Source: Balanoglossus misakiensis (lineage: Eukaryota; Animalia; Hemichordata). Taken from it: a stretch of 64,000 bases of DNA. Both the position numbers and the translations under genes were made by a program. The stretch covers positions 6,770,791 through 6,834,790 of the forward strand of contig CM082596.2 in the NCBI GenBank assembly GCA_040954595.2. The letters run 5' to 3'. This document shows positions 54,801 through 64,000 of the stretch, in pieces. A model generated the notes under the pieces. It ran no database searches. It saw nothing but the letters and a program-made list of their open reading frames with translations, and had not been told where the DNA came from. Position 1 is the stretch's first letter. Each line of letters begins with the position of its first letter.

Positions 54801-55971
54801 GCGCCCTTATCTCCTGACGACCACCAAAGTGCGTCCACGCGAGAGGTAGTGTCGCTAACAAGGAGTAATGGTGGTCGTACTTTTCGCCGGGCGCGGAACG
54901 GCGCTGCGAACCCATCGCGCCGAGAGTGTGTATCGATCAGTGCGTTTAGAGAGAGACTTTTTTCGCACCCATGACGAGTCAATAATTATGCGGTCATCAG
55001 CTGTCTGTGACATTTCCCCCATCGATATAAACTCTGGCCGTCACGAACGCTGTGCTGTGTTCAGGTACAAAGTTGCGTCAGTCGAATAAAGTGAGGTTGC
55101 AACTCGGTTAAAGTGCCGTGTCGCAACCAAGATATTTACAGGGGGGGGGGGGGGCGCGAACTTAATTTTTTGCTCATGTGTTTCCATTGTTGCAACGAAT
55201 TTTGCCCTGTGGAAGTGCTTTTACACGAAACTTCCTTATTCAAATCAAGGAAATCGACGGTTCAGTTTTCGAGGAGACAACACGGTGATTAGCCATTACT
55301 TTGAATTTCAAATGTTTGCAAATTCCAGGCATTTGCACACGTATTTCAAACCGCTCCTGAATGATGTAGATATTGTTAAGGAAATTCGTGCGTCGTGACA
55401 AAGTACAACCATAATGCATGGGTTCTGAAACTTGGCCAGGAATGTATTTAAACTCACAAATCCTTCTTCTTCTGTTTTTATCTTTTAAAAGACTATTTTA
55501 AAGAATATGGAATTAAAATGCAAGTGCCACGGACTTTCGGGGAGCTGCGAGGTGAAGACGTGCTGGATGCAACAGCCCGATTTCAGATCACTGGGCGACT
55601 TGCTCAAGGAGAAGTACGACAGCGCCACCGAGATGAGAATCGTCCTCAACCAGGACGACCGGGGCAGGCTGGAGGACCTGGTGCCCCGACACCCGCGCTT
55701 CAAGCCGCCCAGCCTCACCGACCTGATCTACTACGAGCCGTCGCCCAACTACTGCGAGCGCGACATGGACTCCGGCTCGATGGGCACCAACGGCCGCCGC
55801 TGCAACGCCTCCTCCGACGGCATCGACGGCTGCGACCTGATGTGCTGCGGGCGGGGCTACAACACCATGTCGGTGGAGGTGGTGGAACGGTGCGAGTGCC
55901 AGTTCATCTGGTGTTGCACGGTCAAGTGTAAAAAATGCCAGCGAATCTACGACATTCACACGTGCAAGTAG
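36833..55971 (+). CDS. WNT3: Wnt3, 4 coding exons, ~352 aa
   Basis: Exons 36833-36909 (signal peptide [25 protein letters not shown]|W, donor TG|gtaagt), 53243-53478, 53911-54176 and 55492-55971 total 1059 nt in frame. Wnt3-type motifs: [44 protein letters not shown] (palmitoleoylated Ser), [16 protein letters not shown] and IYDIHTCK. Confidence 0.95.
38481..38602. repeat. (ATAC)n(AGAC)n compound microsatellite
   Basis: About 24 ATAC units followed by about 6 AGAC units in Wnt3 intron 1. Confidence 0.97.
40621..40835. repeat. Imperfect tandem duplication (~120 + ~95 bp)
   Basis: CCCCATTCCTATaATTTAAG...GGAAT.ATT.AGGGGG.TTGGAATT.C.TCACATACG.TGGCTTGTT occurs twice (starts near 40621 and 40740). 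Confidence 0.8.
44640..44897. repeat. (GACT)/(GAAT)n/(GGAT)n compound microsatellite
   Basis: Long tetranucleotide array visible directly. Confidence 0.97.
47895..47927. repeat. (TGGA)n microsatellite
   Basis: About 8 units; a similar short array lies near 41594-41628. Confidence 0.9.
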
Positions 55972-56354
55972 AGCGAATCACCACGGTGATGCTGGAACCC
56001 CCCCCCCCCCCCCCCCCCCAATTCCAAGAGGGGGCGTACTGCATCCCCTTGTTTTAAAAAAATAGAACTGTTCGCCATATTTTAACAGGCTCGCAAAAAT
56101 ATTTTTCGTTGTATGCGAAATACACTACTGAACACAGAAGCTCATCCTATAAACAACTCATACATCCCGTATTTGGTCAATGACCAAAAATTAAAACTAT
56201 AAAAAAAAAAAATTAAAAACACTTGTAAATACTAATTTATTTTCCTATCAATTTTGAAATTGGACCATAAGCCTACGACGTCTTGCCGTTATTACAGGCC
56301 GGGTTTCTGTTACAATAGCATCCATACGGGTGACTTTACTGACCTGGCCACACG

Positions 56355-56360
56355 AATAAA
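56355..56360 (+). terminator. Candidate Wnt3 polyadenylation signal
   Basis: AATAAA about 385 nt after the Wnt3 stop; another occurs near 57244. Confidence 0.3.
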
Positions 56361-57368
56361 AAACTTAGTTTACAGTCAGAGGTATGACATTTATATAGTA
56401 TTTATTACACTTCGTACGATATGTATTCGTGTAAATATCGATCGCTTCCCTCACGAGTAACTATAGCATTTCTTTAAAAGGGGTCAAGGTCAAAGACATA
56501 TGTAACGATTAAGAAAAATAGGAAAAGAGATTTATCGCCGTCGCCGGTGATGTTTGCTCATTCGTAGCTGGCGGCTTCAAGTAGTTTTTTTTTTAAATAC
56601 AAAACATAAGACTTTATCTGCTGTTTCCCGACAAAGGACATAGTTGTCCCTCGTTTGGTGTCGAGGGTAGCGCGGCAATGGCGTCGTAACAATTGACGAT
56701 GACGTACTTCCGGTCAACATGACTATCAACGATGTTTCAGACATATTTAGTGACAAAATGCTCAATTGACGAGGATTCTTTGATGTTCCCTGGAAATTTT
56801 AGATGTATACCACGCCATTTAGGAATGTATATGTTTTTTAATCATCTGTATGCCTGATGTGGGGTGCCCACGGCGGTACATTGTATCAATCAGCTTAGAT
56901 GAGAGAACACGGGCTTTAATATGCAAATCTGATTGGCAGCCAGTGCACAGCCTTTAACAGAGACGTTTTAGGAATTTCTATGAAACCTCATTAACTACAC
57001 AATTTACTGCCGCTCATAGAGTACCAGAAAGTATAGTTCCAGAACTCTTAACTTTTCAAGACTATCAAAATTGGTTGTAATAAATTTCTTCAAAATTTTT
57101 AAAATATAAAACTGATCTGTCTGTCTGTCTGTTCAATTCATTTTCCCGTATCGACGTGATATTTTTTTCATGTTACGTGTGTATTGCACATGATCTGTAT
57201 CGTGCCGTTTTGGTAGGAGCGGTATTGTAGAGTTTTTTAGTTAATAAAAATAATTCTTTAAAAGTCATGTGTGCGATTATTGTATCATTTGGCCCCGCCG
57301 TTATGCGAAGTAAGAAAGTTTCATGGAGGTTAAAAACAAAAGCCCCTTCAGTGTTCAACCGAGGGGTG

Positions 57369-57382
57369 GCGCCCTCTACGGA
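57369..57382 (-). promoter_or_regulatory. CTCF-like site (reverse)
   Basis: Reverse complement TCCGTAGAGGGCGC, 12/14 match; downstream of Wnt3. Confidence 0.5.
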
Positions 57383-60300
57383 CTTTCATTTGTTATTTAC
57401 ATGGACAGCTGGCCCTGGAATTCGACAAAGTGGGGTAGAGTCTCGCAAAAGAAGGGAATAGCGGAGTGGCATGGGAAATCTCGAGGAATGAAGGCGCCCA
57501 GAACACGACGAAGTCCAACACCCCCAGTCAGACCCTAGTGGAATTGCCAAGCGGTGCCTAGAATCATCGGTGTACGTGTACAACGTGTAGGCCCTACATC
57601 ACGCCAACCACAAACGTTGAGATTAGAGGGGAGCTATAAACACCACGGAAGCTGTGCAAACATCTTACGGATGTACTGCATCCTCTGGCCGGTAACTCCT
57701 CCGGTCGTTCGCGGGGGATTACGACAGTAGCCTTTCCTCACGAACGCCTGGCGTGTTATCCCCTGGAACCCGTAAATCGCTCCATGGAAACAGTTCTCTA
57801 TGCATGGCACACTCGCGAAATAATTCCGTCCCATTGCCATGGTTACCCCTTGACCGCTGTTAAGTGTTATTGCGCCTAATTGTGGTCAACCTGGAGTGCT
57901 TCGCGATAAACGGTCATCGGTTTGAAATATAACTTATGGGGAGTAAACACGACTCAAGTGTGTCGAACTACGGAGCTGACACACAAGTTAAGCTCCTCGA
58001 TATTAAATATTTCAAGATATACAATCCGCTTCTATTGGTACGCACGATTTATAACTTGTTCCCGGACAGATTAAATCGGATACAGGGCTCGAGGTGAACT
58101 TTGATCGACTTAAGAATTCTCATCGGGGTATATTCGGATATGAATGCTAAATCCCGTAGGATCTGTTTGATTTACGAGTTGGCCACCGTTTTACCGCCTA
58201 AATAGCTGGGTGTCTAATCGCCAACCGACGCCGAGCGTGGTGTTGTCGTTTTGATTGACAAATCCATCGCGACGCGGATGTTTGCTGGCAGTCACTCTGA
58301 AAGTCGTTTCCCCGGTAACACTCCAAAGGGTTGTCTATCAAATTCCATGTTGTTGAGAACGCCGTTATTCGAACCCAACAAATTCGTTTGCTCTGGTAAA
58401 ACCCCAGCCAATTTGGAGGTCGTGTATATGATGATCCTGACTTTGACCTGCTTCGTGTATACCTGCGTCGAAATTTTGATTGCACGTTGGCGCAAGCAGC
58501 GTGCAGTACAGAGTTGAAACGACACTCGTTTTTAACAATCCGAACGCTGGCAAGCACCCAAGCTATAACGGAGCAACACCAATTTAGCACGCTCCCCAAC
58601 CATGTTTGATTTATATGGGGCTGAGGGAGTTCTGGACATTTTGACATAAGAAATTATGCTTTTATATTAGCAGAAATATGTCAAACGCGTGACCACGTCA
58701 ACAATTGTTGAACGGAAGATAAATTTTACTCGGGCAGACAGCATGAAATACGCATAAGAAAGTTAATAGCGTGTCCTCAAACGACCCTGCGTGGGGTAGA
58801 TTGCTAGTGGCTGGGCTCGGGAGGCCTGACCTTTCGCCCACTTGATTTTGAAGCATTGGAAGTTAGCCAAGGTCATTGTAGCAGCTATTGCTCAAAGTCA
58901 GGTGGTAAGTGTGTAATGTGTGCATGTACAGAGTGATGTCACGCCGTCCTCGTATTAAACGTCTGTTGGCATTTTTTGTTCCGCGAAGTTCAGGAAACGC
59001 GAACTTCCACAAAAAATAACGACGTTCATACACTGTCAATTACAGTGAAGGACGTATATACATCCGACCTGTCATATCGCAAGCACCTGTCGGCTGTAAA
59101 CAAATAATCGGTCTGAAGTGGCCGATCCGGTGTTGAACTTCGCGTTGCCCGGGTCGGTGTCCTGAAGTGGGTCACCGGTGGTTACCAGGGGACGCCGTTG
59201 CCCCGGCAGTGCTGTTAGCAGTAGGCCATGATCGATGACTTTGTAAATCGCCACGTACTTGTCACGGCGCGTAATAGCCGCAATTTCTGGCGACCAAGTG
59301 ATAATACCTGTCTGCTCCGCCACATGCGGACACTTGATCTAAGCTGTGTACACCACTGGACGCTGACAAACCTGCCAGTCACCGGTGACGCGGACAATGG
59401 CCGGCGTTGATTGACGGTGATTGATCGGCAGCGGACGAGTGACACCCTAAGGCTCGGGGTATTAACCCTTGAAGCGCCCGGCAAACGGGCCCGGGTCGTC
59501 TCCACGACAACGCTTAAGGCGGGTCTTCACAAAATTGCCAACGGTATCGCTGACACGAGCACAATGCGGCCTGTATCGCGAGACCTACCCCATGCGTCGA
59601 AATTTTCCGGTTTGGATCAGTCGACCAGGTGACTTCGCTGTCTCTCCCCCCCCCCCCCCCCCCAATTTATTAGAGAACGAATGTAAACACCGCTTTGGTA
59701 GAAGGATGAGTGGCACATCCCCATTCAGAGGCTCGCGTGGAGTGGAAAACTCTTGATCCAACATCAAACTGGCGCTGTTCATGTTTGGCAAGTCGTCCTT
59801 CCTCACTGTAAACGCGATGAATCATTTATGCAAAAACATACCCCACGAAGTCTTCAAGTATATATCACAGGCAAAAAAAAGTTCGTACATGTACATTCAA
59901 ATCTAATTCCAGAAAGATCGGTGGAAGTTGCTCGTTTAGGAAACACAGACCGTTCGTACTACACAGAGTAAACTCTTCATAAACATTACAAGAACCGTTC
60001 ATTTCTGAGACCAGTGGTAACGTGCAGACAGGAGAAAAAGACGCACACACGCACGTGAAATTCGTTGCCTAGCAACCGCGCATTCCGGAAGCTCAATATC
60101 TCGATTGTTCATACAACAGCGATTAGGTCCAAATTGATTACAAAATGTTTGCAGTTCTTTCATGTGGCCTTCTACGAATTGACTTGTTGTGGGTTTGGCA
60201 TGAAAGAATGGCAGCGTTCATACGGATTTGGCAGATCTCAGCGGCAATATGTTGCTACGGTGATGACTGTTTGCCCCAATCTCCATCCATACATTCATGC

Positions 60301-60887
60301 ATGCATGCATGCATCCATCCACTAGGCCTATATGCACTTCGCGGATTTTCTCTCATATGGTAATGCGGGTGATTTTTGGGGCGCGTTTGGCGACCCCCCC
60401 CCCCCTCCGAAAGCGGTGGGTATTTGAATGATGCCGGTATAGTGGAACTTTGGTAGGATGACACATCAAAGCTCCAGACAGGCCAAATATCGCAAATGTA
60501 GTGCAGTCATCCCTATTTGGCCTTAGCACACACCCAATGAAGTAGACGCACTGATCGTTGCATCTGTGTTACGACAAAATTTCAGTAATTATCAATTAAT
60601 TACTCACCACGGGATGCCTTTTCGTGGAACACGATGAAGGTCGATCGACTGGTAGCCACTGAAAACAACTCTATGGGGGCAGCCATTTTGTATTGCCACG
60701 TGACTTCCACGCATGCGGTTTAACGTAAAGACCGTAAAACCACTTTCATCAGATAAAGCGACTGATTGTGTAATATTTATATCTGAAATTAGATTTTTCC
60801 ATGATCGAACGAATTCTCTCGAACTCACTTGATAGGAAACACCTTCAGATAGACAATACCGTCAACATAGACGTTTTCTCCGTAAGC

Positions 60888-60901
60888 GCGCCCTCTATTG
60901 A
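60888..60901 (-). promoter_or_regulatory. CTCF-like site (reverse)
   Basis: Reverse complement TCAATAGAGGGCGC, 12/14 match; about 1 kb beyond the Wnt9 stop. Confidence 0.5.
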
Positions 60902-61874
60902 CCGCTAAAATAATTTATACGAAAAAAATAATTTATACAAATGCTTGAGAAAAAATGAAATAATTTATAACTATAACAAAATAAGTGACGTTATACACAT
61001 AGGTTTAACAAAAAATATCTTTTCTACGTTCGGGAAAATGTTATTTTATATTTTATGACAGATAATGCGGTCCTCAGACAGTTATGTCCAGGTAGTAGGT
61101 AAGGGACTATAGATGTCCGTTGGCATTCGAGAGGGTCTGTGTCTGATAGTAATTCAAAACAAGGGTTCTCTTAAATTCGGCGAAAAATACATCAGCGGCA
61201 TGCGGGCGATCTATGCTTGCCTGACGTGCTGTTCGGGTGAGGGTACGTTGCCAGGCGACGAACCCCGTAGAAATGAATACACAACGCGTGTTTCAATGCT
61301 CCACGGTACATATCACAGCGGCGCGCGTTACGTGTGGGTGTCTGGGAAGGGGGTCTGGTGTGAAAAGGTCGATTCCCTATTTTACAACTGACTGCATCCT
61401 GGTCAGATTTTGTACACATCGCCGTCGACAACAGATGCCCCGTCTTTCAATTCCACTAAAAATGCGGGGATGATGAAATACAGTGTACATCCATGGTCTG
61501 CGTCATCATTCGGCTCGGTGTGTCCACTCGACGCAGTCTTCTGGTTAATGCGTTGTATCTTCCTGGAATCACGTGATCCTCTGCCCGCTTTTTCAATATC
61601 AGGAAAGCGTCGGCGCAACAAGTAATAATAACCCCCGCCACCTGACGTCACCACTTCTCTAAAGTTTATACCAAAAACTCGGCGATCACTTTCATTTTTC
61701 GTCGGTAACCAGAGAGCTTTCTTGGACTTAGGTATACGGCGCTAACAGAATCGGCCTGTCAATGTCTAACTTAAACTGCGGCAGCAATGTCGTCAGCTCT
61801 CCGACGGTGGTCGCGCTTATAGGATTTCTTCGGGCTTTCCGGGCTCGCCCTCGTTCCCGCCGGCGGGGGGAGCT

Positions 61875-62387
61875 TCACTTGCACAGATGGATCTCCTCTC
61901 TCTCCGTGCACTTGTCACAGTCGACGTAGCAGCACCAGACGACGCGGCAGCGGCACGGCTTCTCCACCTCGTTGCTCTTGATGTTGTAGCCGCGCCCGCA
62001 GCAGATGCTCTCGCAGTCCGTGCCCTTGGCGCACACCCGCCCCGACGTGCCCGCTGTAAATCGGCTCCGCGAGCAGTAGTTCGGCGAATTGTCAATGAAC
62101 ACCAAATCGTTCGGCTTGGGCGAGGCGCCCTCGTCCCCCCCCCCCTCCATCGCGCCCATCCCCACCTCCTCCTCCTCCCCATGCCCCTTCCGCCTCTTCG
62201 TCACCAGCTGCGTTTTGCCCGTCGACTCGTTCGTCGTGCTGACGACTTTGTAAGCGTTCTCGTACCTGTCTTTAAGTAATGTCCCGATTTCCGAAAATGG
62301 GCTGAGCTGCCTCCAGCACGTCTTGGTGGCACAGGAACCGGAAACGCCGTGACACTTGCAAGTATCCTTCACTTCCTGTCGAACCAA
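61875..62387 (-). CDS. WNT9: Wnt9, last coding exon (upstream exons off-window to the right)
   Basis: Acceptor tctctcttcacgtgcag|TTG starts a 513-nt exon. It encodes TCKCHGVSGSCATKTCWRQLSPF, KVVSTTNE, and the shortened GRVC...CESICCGRG segment characteristic of Wnt9, then CRCRVVWCCYVDC...EEIHLCK-stop. Confidence 0.9.
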   Translation of the reverse strand: MVRQEVKDTCKCHGVSGSCATKTCWRQLSPFSEIGTLLKDRYENAYKVVSTTNESTGKTQLVTKRRKGHGEEEEVGMGAMEGGGDEGASPKPNDLVFIDNSPNYCSRSRFTAGTSGRVCAKGTDCESICCGRGYNIKSNEVEKPCRCRVVWCCYVDCDKCTEREEIHLCK

Positions 62388-63059
62388 CTGCACGTGAAGA
62401 GAGAAATTAGTGCTTATAATTTTGTTCATAATAAAGCATTTAAAATCATAGAAACTGGACAAAATTATACCACAATATCAGCGAAAGTTTTTAAAATGAG
62501 ATATCGTGGAATACAATGTCCAATCCCATGTTCAAGTTCGGAGACCGTGGCAATTCATTTCAGGACTTGAATGCACATTACACGCCACTCGTCATGCGTA
62601 GAGGCCGCCATTTTGTTTTGGATAGCACAAAAATGGTGTTTTCAACTCAAATCAGTGTTTTGGTGCCAATGACATGCAAGAGGGGAAAATAGACATGTAT
62701 CCATGAGCGAAAAGAATCTGGTGAATGACACATCTACAAATTGGAGCGCATTGAGATATTGGGGTCGATATGAACAGGCATATCTGATCGCCGAGAAACG
62801 TATCGTTCATCGCGAGTCTCGGGTTATCTGACAGAAATGAATGTTGCATATGAATGCAGGTGAGATGGTCAATGACATCTCAGCTTGTAGTTTGTTTTCC
62901 GTTATACTGTCCCCCTGTACCGCGGACGTGTGTGCTTTGGAAGAATTCTCTGCGAGCAAGTGATTTTCTGCCAGTTCGTGAGCTGGGAAGATGTCAGTAC
63001 TTGGGCATATAGTCCCATGCATTAAGGGTATCAATTTGTTTGTCAATTTTAAAGACAAG

Positions 63060-63209
63060 GAGTCAAACCTGTGTTAATGGCCACTTTGTTACAGTCCCTG
63101 TGTATTAATCTACAAGTACGTTAACTGACCTGTCTACAAAGACCACTTGTCTATACAGGCCAGTTAAGGAAAGTCCCTTGACTGGCAACTTTAGACAGGT
63201 TTGAATGTA
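63060..63209. mobile_element. Degenerate pogo/Tigger-like MITE in the last Wnt9 intron
   Basis: Inverted termini AGTCAAACCTGT ... ACAGGTTTGAATGTA with internal ACCTGTCTA/GACCAC subrepeats. Confidence 0.5.
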
Positions 63210-64000
63210 CTGTGATTTGCTCTTGCTATACTGTGGTACTCAAAACATGCAAGCGGTCATCATCAGATTTTGAATGAGATAAGCTATCTCAGAGATAGGC
63301 GAAATAGGGTCGCCGTGACCCGAGTGTTGTCCTCGTTTGGATGAAAAGAATGTTGAATATAGAATGTGTAGCGCAATCATCTGTGCTGGTCTATGGGTGA
63401 GAGTCAGCGAAAGATTCGAACGGGTATTTTGTCTGTGGAGTTGCTCGCTTGACTGGCTGGGGGAAAAACCTTCCACCCCAGGCTGTCTCGCCAAGAGGTC
63501 ACCGCGAGGTCACCAGTCACGTGGTGTTTGAAAAGATGTGTTGAAATGTACATGCCACTTGAAAATCACACCGCGTGCTGTACACGACGTGGAAATTAAC
63601 AGCGATTTGAAAAGAGGTGTCTTTTACCCTTTGAGGACAGCGAAAACAAATCAAACGCCACAGTGGTGGGCAATCCGGGGGCTAATTATGTTTGGGTGAA
63701 ATGACCTGAAAAGGCGTAAACTCTCTCTCAAAGGTGGCGCCTCCCGTCAATCGACTCACTCTATACTCAGGTGTTTTCCCGTTCTTTTTGTTGAAGCTTG
63801 TTTCGCGTTTTTTTTTTTGTTAATAAAAGAAACTAGTAGGGTCTGTGACGGGAGGAGAACATGACGGATACCCCTTATAGAATAGAGTGGGTGTATACAC
63901 CAAGAAAAAAAAACATCGGTTAAGCCAAAACGGCTGCGTATTGATGTGTTGTGATGCATGAAGGCGGACAACAATGTTGGAGTTCAGACCCAATCGATCT

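Noticed and set aside
56024-56037. CTCF-like CCAAGAGGGGGCGT just after the Wnt3 stop
   Set aside because: Only an 11/14 match and complementary to the adjacent poly-C run, so not counted.
58198-59632. GC-rich ORF-containing stretches between Wnt3 and Wnt9
   Set aside because: No recognisable protein motifs or consistent exon chain; more likely regulatory or UTR DNA.
1-64000. Prokaryotic systems (CRISPR arrays, operons, defence islands), tRNA/rRNA genes, autonomous transposase or RT ORFs
   Set aside because: The sequence is spliceosomal-intron-containing animal DNA; no repeat-spacer array, structural RNA gene or transposase/RT motif was recognised.

Overview
Intron-rich animal genomic DNA, most likely from an invertebrate deuterostome (it retains Wnt3, has vertebrate-like intron positions, and carries one alpha/epsilon sarcoglycan; the taxon is an inference). 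From left to right: (1) the large first coding exon of a neurabin/spinophilin (PPP1R9)-like gene on the minus strand, whose remaining exons are off-window to the left; (2) head-to-head with it, a complete alpha/epsilon-sarcoglycan gene with a GC-AG intron, a 27-nt micro-exon and two possible C-termini; (3) a complete 19-exon ACAD11-like kinase plus acyl-CoA dehydrogenase gene (minus strand, PTS1 -ARL) with substitutions in normally conserved motifs; (4) a complete 4-exon Wnt3 with a 16.3-kb first intron; (5) the last exon of Wnt9, tail-to-tail with Wnt3. Non-coding highlights are four copies of the CTCF-like 10-mer TAGAGGGCGC arranged convergently around Wnt3, a visible CpG-poor to CpG-rich transition near 31-33 kb, a ZNF143/YY1-type divergent promoter, several MITE families (including a ~355-bp palindromic Kolobok/T2-type element) and microsatellites. 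All exon models were assembled by eye from splice signals, frame continuity and remembered family sequences; no database search was run.
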